The notes under the pieces: generated by a model
Seen by the model: only the letters and a program-made list of their open reading frames with translations
What the model was told of the DNA's origin: nothing
The model's database searches: none
Made by a program: the position numbers and the translations under genes
Shown here: positions 1 through 8,695 of the stretch, one piece after another
Layout: each line of letters begins with the position of its first letter
Position numbering within the stretch: position 1 is the first letter of the stretch
Assembly (NCBI GenBank): GCA_046583355.1
Contig: JAYGCM010000006.1
Coordinates: 1 to 43,742 of the forward strand
DNA from: Deltaproteobacteria bacterium
Lineage (GTDB): Bacteria; Desulfobacterota; Binatia; UBA12015
Reading direction: 5' to 3'
Length of the DNA stretch: 43,742 nucleotides

Positions 1-116
1 GGCGTCCTGCGGGGGCGCAGCGGCACAGAGCAGGGTCGCTCGGTCTCGAACTGCGTCGAATCATTTGTCCGAGGGTGGCCAGAACCAAGAACCAGCCAGG
101 AATTGAAAACGAACAA

Positions 117-200
117 TGCGAGAGGGGGGACTTGAACCCCCACGCCCTTGCGGGCACTAGCCCCTCAAGCTAGCGCGTCTGCCAATTTCGCCACTCTCGC
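117..200 (-). tRNA. tRNA-Leu (anticodon GAG), CCA not encoded
   Basis: Reverse complement GCGAGAGTGGCGAAATTGGCAGACGCGCTAGCTTGAGGGGCTAGTGCCCGCAAGGGCGTGGGGGTTCAAGTCCCCCCTCTCGCA: acceptor stem GCGAGAG/CTCTCGC, anticodon arm CTAGC-TTGAGGG-GCTAG, long variable arm, GTTCAAGTC T-loop. Confidence 0.97.
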
Positions 201-212
201 AAGGCGAGGCTT

Positions 213-240
213 TCTTTAGCAGGTGACAAAGGCCGAGCAA
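213..240 (-). promoter_or_regulatory. Putative sigma70 promoter of tRNA-Leu (TTGCTC-N16-TAAAGA, TG-extended)
   Basis: Hexamers just upstream of the tRNA 5' end; imperfect match to consensus. Confidence 0.4.
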
Positions 241-359
241 GCGACAGGTGGATGAGTCGGCACTCGATCCATTCCCAGGCCGCGGCGTAATCGCCGGGAC
301 GTCGCCGGTCGGGCCGGGGTTTTCCCGGGGTGGATACGCCGACTTCGGGCAGTCGCGGA

Positions 360-1589
360 TCACACCTGGACGAGCATTTTGCGGATACTTGCGGTCGTCT
401 TCCGGGTGCAATCCGCATCCGCCGCGAATTGTGGCCAGCGGGCGACCGCAGCGTTCACTTCCTCGAAAATCGTCTCGGCTGCTCGCTGCGCAATGTCGGC
501 TGGGCCGGCGAGTTTCAGGCAATGCTGGCGGCTGGGCGCACGGCCCTCACCGGCCAGGGTGGTGGAATGTTTGCCGCCGGGTCCCATGGCGAACGTCAGG
601 TCGTAGGCGGGCGTCAATGCCCATTCCCCCGTGTTCGGGTCGAGCACGAAGGCGAAGTTGCGGGCGTGATCGTCACGGTTGTGGGTTGCCAGATTGAAAA
701 CCATCAGCCGGAAGAGGCGGAGCACGTCGGCGTGGTTCTGGGTGAGCGAACGTGTGACCTTCAGGAGATCGGCGTAGTCGCTTTGCTGGATCCGGAAATT
801 GACATGGAGCAGCCCGGCAAAGGTATGAACATGGCTGCGGCGGTTTCCCGCAGCGCGGTCGAAACGGCAAACGGCGAAGTAGCTCCGCCGATTGCTGCCG
901 TGTTTGACTTCGAGGAGCTTTGTCGGCGGCATCTCAATTCCGGCGGCCCTGGCCATGCAGCTGTAGGCGTACTCGGTCGGTCCGCCGTCGCGGGGGTCGG
1001 ATTGGCCGGTGAATTTCACCATCCAATGCTCGAAGCCGTCGGGCAGATCCTCCTCGCCCGAGAGAATCCGCTCGCCCCAGAGCCCGACCAGTACCTTGGG
1101 CCGGGCCCCGCCGGGCGACCCTCCGGTACGCATGAGCTGCGGCAATATCTCGGCCGTTTCGCCCGCAAGGACATCGGCGGCGTTTCGGCCAAGCGCGTAG
1201 AGGTCGAGTGGGCTGTCGTCGGGCGCCCACGCGCGGGGAGGGTGGTAGGTCAGCGCGCCCATGGTGCCGGTTCCCAGCCAGGCCAGCCTGTCGAGAGGCG
1301 ATAGGGCTGCGGGATCGATACCCTGGCGACGAAAGTCGTGGTCCATCAGCAGCAGGCCCCAGTCGTCGGGCAGGGAGTCCTGGAAGAGTCCGGGTAGCGG
1401 CCCGAACGAGAGTTCCCGGTGGGCGATCAGGCCGGGCGTGAGGGCCAGCCTGTAGGGCGAGAGCTGCAGGCCGGTTTCGAGAAACGCGGGCGCGTACTCG
1501 AAAAAGATCCGGCCATTATCGTCGGCAAGCGTGCCTACGGTAATGATCTCCTGGGGTGAGCGTCGGAGCTTGACGTCGAGCTTCTTCAG
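360..1589 (-). CDS. hipA: HipA-family Ser/Thr kinase toxin with N-terminal couple domain (~409 aa, probable CTG start)
   Basis: The frame stays open upstream of the listed ORF (KKLDVKLRR...VGTLADDNGRIFFEY...FQDSLPDDWG). Motifs: GGSPGGARPK P-loop, RFDR, NRDDHARNF, PAYDL. Confidence 0.9.
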   Translation of the reverse strand: MKKLDVKLRRSPQEIITVGTLADDNGRIFFEYAPAFLETGLQLSPYRLALTPGLIAHRELSFGPLPGLFQDSLPDDWGLLLMDHDFRRQGIDPAALSPLDRLAWLGTGTMGALTYHPPRAWAPDDSPLDLYALGRNAADVLAGETAEILPQLMRTGGSPGGARPKVLVGLWGERILSGEEDLPDGFEHWMVKFTGQSDPRDGGPTEYAYSCMARAAGIEMPPTKLLEVKHGSNRRSYFAVCRFDRAAGNRRSHVHTFAGLLHVNFRIQQSDYADLLKVTRSLTQNHADVLRLFRLMVFNLATHNRDDHARNFAFVLDPNTGEWALTPAYDLTFAMGPGGKHSTTLAGEGRAPSRQHCLKLAGPADIAQRAAETIFEEVNAAVARWPQFAADADCTRKTTASIRKMLVQV

Positions 1590-1903
1590 CGCACGCCTCG
1601 TTTGCGTAGCGAGTCCCGGTTGGCAGCATGGGTTGCGAGCTCAGCCATGGAGCGAGCTTCCGGTGATTTGAGAAGCTCCGCGAACTCATCGACGCGGCCT
1701 AGCGCATGGCAGAGCTTGAGCAGGTTCTCGACCGAGGTTCGTGCGCTGCGTTCGTAGCGCCGAATGGTCGGCACCGAGACGCCTGAGCGTGCGGCCAGCG
1801 TGCTCTGTTTCCACCCACGGCGCAGGCGCTCGGCACGGATGCGATCGGCGAGCAGCCGCGCTGTCTCGGCCGGGCTATTAAGTTGCAGAGAAGTTTTCAC
1901 CAT
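1586..1903 (-). CDS. XRE/HTH antitoxin-like regulator (HipB-like)
   Basis: RIRAERLRRGWKQSTLAARSGVSVPTIRRYE HTH; its stop overlaps the hipA start; ATG at 1903 follows a good promoter. Confidence 0.85.
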   Translation of the reverse strand: MVKTSLQLNSPAETARLLADRIRAERLRRGWKQSTLAARSGVSVPTIRRYERSARTSVENLLKLCHALGRVDEFAELLKSPEARSMAELATHAANRDSLRKRGVR

Positions 1904-1931
1904 CGTAGATCGCCTTGCTCGTAAACGATCA

Positions 1932-1961
1932 TATCTTATCGCTAAGATGAAACCAGAGCAA
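1932..1961 (-). promoter_or_regulatory. hipBA promoter TTGCTC-N17-TAAGAT with overlapping palindromic operator ATCTTA-N4-TAAGAT
   Basis: -35 at 1961-1956, -10 at 1938-1933, inverted repeat at 1933-1948. Confidence 0.7.
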
Positions 1962-2049
1962 CAAGGTATCATTTTTGATTGCTATGGATCGCGCACTTCC
2001 AAGCCTCCCCGGTCTTGCGCGGGAAGTGGGGATCGGCAATGGAAGGCGG

Positions 2050-2829
2050 ATGGCTGGAGACAGAACGCGGCGCGCATTGGTGACGGGGGCTTCGGCCGGG
2101 ATTGGTCGGGCGACCGCGATCGCGCTGGCCGAGGCGTGCGTCGAGGTGCTTGCCGTGGGGCGGCGCGAGTCTGAGTTGCACGAGACGGCGCGTGCGGGGC
2201 AGGGGCGGATTCAGCCCTTGGCGGCCGATGTGACGATTGCGCTCGATCGGGGTTCGATCCGTGAAATTCTCGGCTCGGAGCCGCTCGATTTTCTCGTGCA
2301 TGGGGCGGGGGTCTTTCCGCGCGGCCGGCTGGCGACGCTGCGGCTCGACGATTGGCGCGCGGCGATGGCGACCAATGTCGATGCGCGGCTGCATCTGGTG
2401 ATGGACCTGCGGCCGATCCTCCGCGGCGGCCGCGTTCTCTTCATCGGGTCGGATGCGGCGACCCATCCGCGTCTGGGGGGAGCTGCGTATTCGGTCTCGA
2501 AGGCGGCCTCGAAAATGCTCTGGCGTTGTTTGGCGCTCGAGCTTGGTGAAGAGATTGCCTTCGGCATTGCCAAGCCGGGTCTGGTGGCGACTGCGATGCT
2601 GGACCTCTCGATTGCGGCGCCGCGCGACGAGTTTCCCGCCGGCGCGGTCTACCAGGAGATGCTTGAGCGCGGCGAGACGGTCGCGCCCGAGACCGTGGCG
2701 CAGTTCTTCCGCTGGCTGCTGCTGGACGCCGCGCGTGCGGATTTCGCACGCGAGGAATGGAATATCCGCGACCCCTCGCACCACGGCGATTGGCTCGAGG
2801 GCTCGGTGTACACCCCGCTTCCTTTCTGA
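2050..2829 (+). CDS. Short-chain dehydrogenase/reductase (classical SDR, probably NADP-dependent)
   Basis: ALVTGASAGIG, basic GRR after beta-2, catalytic YSVSK, PGLVAT; start chosen at ATG 2050. Confidence 0.88.
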   Translation: MAGDRTRRALVTGASAGIGRATAIALAEACVEVLAVGRRESELHETARAGQGRIQPLAADVTIALDRGSIREILGSEPLDFLVHGAGVFPRGRLATLRLDDWRAAMATNVDARLHLVMDLRPILRGGRVLFIGSDAATHPRLGGAAYSVSKAASKMLWRCLALELGEEIAFGIAKPGLVATAMLDLSIAAPRDEFPAGAVYQEMLERGETVAPETVAQFFRWLLLDAARADFAREEWNIRDPSHHGDWLEGSVYTPLPF

Positions 2830-2925
2830 GCCGCGCCGCAGAGTACCGGCGCAATTGCTTTGGATCGGCGTTCCTCCTATCTCTGATGGCCGGGTGGATG
2901 TCTTCTTCGCGCCCAGGAGGAATCA

Positions 2926-5292
2926 GTGATGGCGGTAACCGAAACCCGTAGTGTCGATGCGTCTATTTCGCGGCGCGGCGTGCCTTTCAACGGCACCGAA
3001 CTCTCGACGATCTGCGTTCTTTGCAGCCATAATTGTGGTGTCGCGGTGGATGTCGAGGAAGGCTGTATCACCAAGGTGCGGGCCGACCCGACGAGCCCGA
3101 TCCGCGAAGGGTATTTTTGCAACAAGGGTGCGACGATCGGGAATTACATCGATCACGACCAGCGCGTCTCGGTGCCGCTCAAGCGCGGCGCGGACGGCAA
3201 ATTCGAGGAGATCTCCTGGGAGCAGGCGATCTCGGAAATCGCTGAGCGACTGATGGACATCCGCACAAAACATTCGCCGCGTGCGATCGGTCTTTGCGGC
3301 ATGGGCGGGCAGGGCAACCATATGGATGCGGCCTACGCAGGCAATTTCCTCAAGGCTGTCGGCACGCGTCGCTTCTTCAACGCCTATGCGCAGGAGAAGA
3401 CGCAGCATCATTTGATCGCCCATTGGATGTTTGACGCTTCGCCTGGCGTCTTTTTTCACGCCGATATCGAGAATTCCAAATTCATCCTGATGCTCGGGAC
3501 GAACCCGCGCATCTCAAACCGCGGCCATAATGCCAACGACTTTTTCCGTGATTTAGCCAAGGACGACTCGCGCATCTTGATTGCCGTCGATCCGCGCGAG
3601 ACCGAGACGACGCGCGGCGCCGACCGGCATTTGCAGGTCAAGCCGGGCGGCGACTCGCATCTTTTGCTTGGCTTGGCTGCTGCCATCGTGCAGAACGAGT
3701 TGACCGATATGTCCTTTCTCGCCGAGAAGAGCGTCGGCTACGAAGAGGTGCGCGAGGTTCTCGGGCGGGTTGATATCGCGGAGATGGAGCGCCGCGCCGG
3801 GTTGGAGTCGGGGGCCTTGCCGGAGTTGGCCGAGGGGTTTGCTCGTGCCGAGTCGGCCAGCATCTTCTGGGACCTGGGTGTCGAGCAGCAACCCTTCTCC
3901 ACTCTGATTTCCTACCTCATGCATCTTAATTGCGTCTTGACTGGCAATGTCGGCAACTCTGGAGGCAATGTTTTCGTCGAGAGCTTCTCGCCGCCGATGC
4001 GCAGCGCAAGTCGCTTTGAGGAGCCGGAGCGTGCGCTTGCCTCGGGCATCCCGGCGATCCGGGCGCTTGGTCAGGCGGGACTTTTCTCGCCGACGCTCGC
4101 CCCCGAAGAGATTCTCCTCGATCACCCCGAGCGAATGCGTGCGCTCATCGTCGAGGGATCCAATCCGCTGCTCTCGTTTTCCGATTCCGGCAAGTGGCGC
4201 GAGGCTGTAGCGGCCCTGGATCTGCTCGTTGTGATTGACCCCGCGTTTACGGAGACGGCGCGGCTGGCCGACTATATTCTGCCCACGCCGAGCGGTTACG
4301 AAAAATGGGAGATCTCGATGTTTCCCAAACGTCATCCCGAGATTCACACGCAGGTCCGCCCGCCTATCGTGCCGGTGCGCGGCGAGGGCTTGCCCGAGGC
4401 GGAGATCTACACGCGGCTTCTGGAGGCGATGGGCTTGGTTCTGCCACCTCCGGCCTCGCTGGAGGCGCTGGGCGACGAGCCCACCGAGGCGGCACGTACA
4501 GGGTTCCTGGCGGCGGCGCTGGCCGAACTCGGGCCCGTGATGGAAAAAGGTATTGATGCAGAAGTGCAGATCTTTACCTGGGCCTACCGCACTATCGGCC
4601 GTCATTTTGACGCGCCGTCGCTGGTCGCTGTCTGGTATCTCTGCCAGCAGAATGCGTCAGGCCGCAAAGAATCGGTTCTGCGTACGCTCGGCGAGGAGTG
4701 GCGTGCTCGCACGGACGCTGAAATTGGCGAGGAGCTCTTTCGGCGTATTCTCGCCCATCCCGAAGGGGTGGAGGTCGCGCGTGCGTCGGAGCACAACCTC
4801 GAGGAGAATACCGGCTGGGAGGATGGACGCATCCGGCTCGCCATCCCTGAGATGCTGGGCGAGATGCGCCGCGCGATGGAAGAGACGGTCGAGACAACGG
4901 CCGAGTATCCCTTGGTATTGGGCAGCGGCCTGCGCACACGTTGGACCGCAAATACGATTCAACGGGACCCGAATTGGCGCCGCGGCCGCGGCCCACATTG
5001 TATCCTGCGGCTGCACCCGCAGGACGCGGCCTCGCTTGGCGTAAGTTCCGGGGATTCCGTGCGTCTCGCCACCAAGGTCACATCGGTAGAGCTGCCCGCC
5101 GAGATCGACGACAGGCTGCGCCCCGGCTACGTGGCGATGCCCAATGGCTTCGGCATGCAATACGATACCGAGGACGGCGGCGTGCGCATCGAGGGCGTGA
5201 ATATGAATGAATTCACCTCGATCGAAGATCGCGACCCCTTCACTGGCTGCCCGTGGCATCGTTTCGTGCCCTGCCGCATTGAGCGTGTGTAG
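2926..5292 (+). CDS. Molybdopterin (bis-MGD) oxidoreductase, DMSO reductase superfamily, cytoplasmic, substrate unknown
   Basis: CVLCSHNCG...CNKG 4Fe-4S motif, GTNPRISN, VDPRETET, TETARLADYILP, C-terminal LHPQDA dinucleotide-binding domain; AGGAGG RBS; no Tat signal. Confidence 0.9.
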   Translation: MMAVTETRSVDASISRRGVPFNGTELSTICVLCSHNCGVAVDVEEGCITKVRADPTSPIREGYFCNKGATIGNYIDHDQRVSVPLKRGADGKFEEISWEQAISEIAERLMDIRTKHSPRAIGLCGMGGQGNHMDAAYAGNFLKAVGTRRFFNAYAQEKTQHHLIAHWMFDASPGVFFHADIENSKFILMLGTNPRISNRGHNANDFFRDLAKDDSRILIAVDPRETETTRGADRHLQVKPGGDSHLLLGLAAAIVQNELTDMSFLAEKSVGYEEVREVLGRVDIAEMERRAGLESGALPELAEGFARAESASIFWDLGVEQQPFSTLISYLMHLNCVLTGNVGNSGGNVFVESFSPPMRSASRFEEPERALASGIPAIRALGQAGLFSPTLAPEEILLDHPERMRALIVEGSNPLLSFSDSGKWREAVAALDLLVVIDPAFTETARLADYILPTPSGYEKWEISMFPKRHPEIHTQVRPPIVPVRGEGLPEAEIYTRLLEAMGLVLPPPASLEALGDEPTEAARTGFLAAALAELGPVMEKGIDAEVQIFTWAYRTIGRHFDAPSLVAVWYLCQQNASGRKESVLRTLGEEWRARTDAEIGEELFRRILAHPEGVEVARASEHNLEENTGWEDGRIRLAIPEMLGEMRRAMEETVETTAEYPLVLGSGLRTRWTANTIQRDPNWRRGRGPHCILRLHPQDAASLGVSSGDSVRLATKVTSVELPAEIDDRLRPGYVAMPNGFGMQYDTEDGGVRIEGVNMNEFTSIEDRDPFTGCPWHRFVPCRIERV

Positions 5293-5318
5293 CCGGTAAA
5301 TGGTGTGGTTGATCGATC

Positions 5319-5356
5319 TTGACAGATATCTGCATCCCGGATACAGATATCTGCAT
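5319..5356 (+). promoter_or_regulatory. vapBC promoter (TTGACA -35) with two tandem copies of ACAGATATCTGCAT (palindromic core CAGATATCTG)
   Basis: Repeats at 5322-5335 and 5343-5356; TTGACA at 5319-5324. Confidence 0.75.
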
Positions 5357-5594
5357 GCGAACGACACTGCATCTCGATGACTATGTTGCGGAGAGCGCCA
5401 AGGCGTATGCGCGCCGCGAAGGTTCGACGCTGACCGCGGTAATCGACTCTGCGTTGCGGCAATTTCTGGCAGAGCGCCGGGCTCCGGCCACGAAGTTCAA
5501 GCTCAAGCTGGAGACACGCAGCACGGCCATTCTGCCGGGGGTGGATATCGAAGATCGTGATTCGCTCTACGAGCGTATGGGCGGTCGTGGGTGA
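5355..5594 (+). CDS. vapB: VapB-type ribbon-helix-helix antitoxin
   Basis: MRTTLHLDD...AKAYARREGSTLTAVIDSALR, C-terminal PGVDIED..SLYERM; GTGA overlap with the PIN gene. Confidence 0.85.
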   Translation: MRTTLHLDDYVAESAKAYARREGSTLTAVIDSALRQFLAERRAPATKFKLKLETRSTAILPGVDIEDRDSLYERMGGRG

Positions 5595-6028
5595 CCGCTG
5601 TCGATACTAATATTCTGGTATATGCGCATACGGACACTGCGAAAAAGCATGACGCTGCGCACCTCGCCTTGACCGGACTAGCCGAAGGATCGGCGCCTTG
5701 GGGAATTCCTGCTCCTTGCCTGGGCGAGTTTCTCCGCGTGCTCACGCATAAGGCGATCCTGGCGGATCCCTATCCCATGGCGGAGGCGTTGGCTGCGGCA
5801 GCTGCCTTCCTGGCATCGCCGAGCGTGCGCATCCTCGCTCCCGGCGAGCAATATTGGTCCTACCTTTCCGAGGCCGCTACGGACGCTGACGCGCGCGGTA
5901 ACCTCATCTTCGATGCTGGGATCGTGGCGATTTGTCGCGAGGCCGGCGTAACGGAACTCCTCACCGAGGACCGTGACTTCCGCCGTTTCTCCGGCTTCCA
6001 AGCGCGCGAGCTCCCGCACTCAGCATAG
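5591..6028 (+). CDS. vapC: VapC PIN-domain ribonuclease toxin
   Basis: VDTNILVYA, EFLR, GNLIFDA, TEDRDF acidic PIN residues. Confidence 0.9.
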   Translation: MTAVDTNILVYAHTDTAKKHDAAHLALTGLAEGSAPWGIPAPCLGEFLRVLTHKAILADPYPMAEALAAAAAFLASPSVRILAPGEQYWSYLSEAATDADARGNLIFDAGIVAICREAGVTELLTEDRDFRRFSGFQARELPHSA

Positions 6029-6057
6029 GCAGGCGGGGGGCGGGGCGTCCTCTGCGT

Positions 6058-6972
6058 TCAGAGCAGCCGCAGGATTTCGTTGGCGGCCAGATCGGGTGCT
6101 TCGAGGACAAGGAAATGGCCGACACCTTCCAACGTATGCACTTGGCCTTCACGGCAGCGGCTGACGACACGATCGGCTTCCTTGCGATCGCGTGCGGTGG
6201 CGGCGGCCTGGTCCTCGGGCTTGGCGCGTCGCTTCTCTGAGAAGATCAATTGTACGTCGGCGTCGACCTTTTTGTCGGCGAGGAAATCGGCAAGCGCGAC
6301 ACGCGCGATATAGACCTCGGCCTCGTTCTCGCGCCGGCATTTGAGCCGCCAGCGGCCGCTCTCGTCCGGTGCGCTAGCGAAGGCCGCAAACGCCGATTTG
6401 GCATCGGCATCGAGTCCCTCGCGTACCAATTGCGCACGCAGCACGCGCTCCACGCCAGCACCGACAGCCTCGGCGGACTCGAAGCCTTCGGCCTCTTTTT
6501 CTCCCAGACGGCGGGTGCCCTTGGCCAGGCGTGCGGCGCCGGAGGTGGCACCCTCAGCATCGGCCAATACCGGGTCGAGGAGGATCAAGCGGCCGATAGA
6601 GATACCTGTCTCCGCCAAGGCGATGAGGGCGCAATCGCCGGCAAAAGAATGCGTGACGATGGCATCCGGTGCGCGGCCGTATTGTTCTTCTACAGCATCC
6701 AGGACGCGCAGGAAATCCGCACCGAAAAGACTCCACGCGTATTCGTGTGAAGCGTCAGGGGCGTCCGTGTCGCCGTGCCCGCGCAGGTCGTAGGCGATTC
6801 CGTGCACGCCCGAGAGTCGTGCGATAACGGGGCCCCAAATCCCGGCGCAAAGACTGCCCCCGTGGAGGAAGAGCACGAGCTTGCCTGAACCGCCCCAATC
6901 GAGCATTCGGTAGCGCAGGCCGCCGGTGGCGCGCAGGTCGAGCCAATCGGATTTTACGTTCGGAATCGTCAT
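6058..6972 (-). CDS. Alpha/beta fold hydrolase
   Basis: LFLHGG, YDLRGHG, nucleophile elbow THSFAG, C-terminal GHFLVLE. Confidence 0.85.
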   Translation of the reverse strand: MTIPNVKSDWLDLRATGGLRYRMLDWGGSGKLVLFLHGGSLCAGIWGPVIARLSGVHGIAYDLRGHGDTDAPDASHEYAWSLFGADFLRVLDAVEEQYGRAPDAIVTHSFAGDCALIALAETGISIGRLILLDPVLADAEGATSGAARLAKGTRRLGEKEAEGFESAEAVGAGVERVLRAQLVREGLDADAKSAFAAFASAPDESGRWRLKCRRENEAEVYIARVALADFLADKKVDADVQLIFSEKRRAKPEDQAAATARDRKEADRVVSRCREGQVHTLEGVGHFLVLEAPDLAANEILRLL

Positions 6973-7009
6973 GATGGCTCTCTTTAACGTGCGCGGCGCG
7001 GATGCGGAA

Positions 7010-8695
7010 TCAGGGTTGGCGGATGAGTTCGACGAGATCGATTGAGGATTGTGGCAGCGGTGGGGTCAGGCTCTTCACGAGATAGGCGGCGGCGAAATTC
7101 AGTATCATGCCCAGGGTGCCGATGCCTTCGGGCGAGATGCCCCAGAGCCAATGCTCGGCCGTGTTGAGTTCCGGCGCGAGGAATTTGAAATAAATGATGT
7201 ACCCAGCGGTGAAGACGATTCCGACGACCATGCCGCTGATCGCGCCCCATTTGTTCATTGTGCGCGAGAAGATCCCCATCGTAAGCGCCGGGAAAATCGA
7301 GGCGGCCGCGAGGCCGAAGGCAAAGGCAACCACTTGTGCGACGAAGCCGGGTGGATGAATCCCGAACCAGCCGGCAATCACGACGGCGACACCGGCGGCG
7401 ATGCGCGCGGCGCGCAGTTCGGCCTTGTCGCTGATTCCGGGCATCAGAGTCTTCTTCATGAGGTCATGTGCGACCGCACTGGAAATCACCAGCAGCAGTC
7501 CGGCGGCCGTGGAGAGTGCCGCGGCGAGGGCGCCTGCCGCTACCAAGCCGACCACCCAGGCCGGCAGGTTGGCGATCTCGGGGTTGGCCAGGACCATGAT
7601 ATCCGGGTCGATGGTGAGTTCGTTTTGCTTGGCGCTTGCCGGGCCGACGTAGGTGACCTTGCCGTCGCCGTCGTGGTCCTCGAATTGAATGAGGCCGATC
7701 TTCTCCCAATTATGCACCCAGGAGGGCAGCTCCGTATAGGTCTGGCCGGGGATGGTCGTGAGCAGATTGGTGCGGGCAAATGCGGCCACCGCGGGTGCTG
7801 TCGTATAAAGAATGGCGATGAAAACCAGGGCCCAACCGGCCGAGGAACGCGCCGCCGAGACTTTCGGCACGGTGTAGAAGCGCACGATCACATGCGGCAA
7901 TCCGGCCGTGCCGACCATCAACGCGGCTGTGATGAAGAAGACGTCGAGCGTACTTTTGGTGCCCTGGGTAAACGCAACGAAGCCGAGTTCCGTGCTCAGA
8001 TTGTCGAGTCGGTCGAGCAGGGCCATGCCCGAGCCATCGATCAGGTCCGCGCCGAAGCCGATTTGTGGGACGATCCAGCCGGTCATCATCATGGAGATGA
8101 AGATGGCTGGGACAAGATAAGAGAAAATCAGGACGCAATATTGCGCGACCTGGGTATAGGTGATGCCCTTCATGCCGCCGAGGGTGGCGTAGAAGAAAAC
8201 GATCGCCATGCCGGCCAGTACGCCGGTCTCGATATCCACGTCGAGGAAGCGGGAGAAGACAATGCCGACACCGCGCATCTGCCCGGCCACGTAGGTAAAC
8301 GAGATGAAGATCGCGCAGGCCACCGCGACCACACGCGCGAGTCGGGAGGCGTAGCGGTCGCCGATGAAATCGGGGACGGTGAATTTGTCGAATTTACGCA
8401 GGTAGGGCGCGACCAGAAGGGCCAGGAGAACGTAGCCGCCGGTCCAGCCCATCAGGTAGACGGAGCCATCGTAGCCGAGAAACGAGATCAGCCCGGCCAT
8501 TGAGATGAAGGACGCGGCCGACATCCAATCGGCGGCGGTTGCCATGCCGTTGAGGATGGGCGGGACATCGCCCGAGGCAACGAAGAAGTCGGCCGTCGAG
8601 CGGGCGCGCGACCAGATGGCGACGCCGATATAGAGCGTGAACGAGAGACCGACCAGCAGGAAGGTCCAGCCCTGGATGCCGAGTTCGGCGCTCAT
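7010..8695 (-). CDS. Sodium:solute symporter (ActP-like cation/acetate family)
   Basis: NGMATAADWMSAASFIS, GGMKGITYTQVAQY, GTAGLPHVIVRFYTVP; the real start is MSAELG at 8695. Confidence 0.92.
   Translation of the reverse strand: MSAELGIQGWTFLLVGLSFTLYIGVAIWSRARSTADFFVASGDVPPILNGMATAADWMSAASFISMAGLISFLGYDGSVYLMGWTGGYVLLALLVAPYLRKFDKFTVPDFIGDRYASRLARVVAVACAIFISFTYVAGQMRGVGIVFSRFLDVDIETGVLAGMAIVFFYATLGGMKGITYTQVAQYCVLIFSYLVPAIFISMMMTGWIVPQIGFGADLIDGSGMALLDRLDNLSTELGFVAFTQGTKSTLDVFFITAALMVGTAGLPHVIVRFYTVPKVSAARSSAGWALVFIAILYTTAPAVAAFARTNLLTTIPGQTYTELPSWVHNWEKIGLIQFEDHDGDGKVTYVGPASAKQNELTIDPDIMVLANPEIANLPAWVVGLVAAGALAAALSTAAGLLLVISSAVAHDLMKKTLMPGISDKAELRAARIAAGVAVVIAGWFGIHPPGFVAQVVAFAFGLAAASIFPALTMGIFSRTMNKWGAISGMVVGIVFTAGYIIYFKFLAPELNTAEHWLWGISPEGIGTLGMILNFAAAYLVKSLTPPLPQSSIDLVELIRQP

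Noticed and set aside
240..359. Minus-strand peptide DYAAAWEWIE between hipA and the tRNA as a possible gene remnant
   Set aside because: Too short to support homology without a search
1..360. tRNA-Leu as an integration site for a prophage or ICE
   Set aside because: No integrase or duplicated tRNA 3' end was seen in the window; anything at the tRNA 3' side would lie beyond position 1
1356..1373. HipA LPDDWG instead of LPDGWG
   Set aside because: This position is not catalytic and is variable as far as I recall; the kinase motifs are intact
7655..7690. EF-hand-like DHDGDG loop in the symporter
   Set aside because: Appears to be a normal feature of this symporter subfamily rather than something specific to this locus
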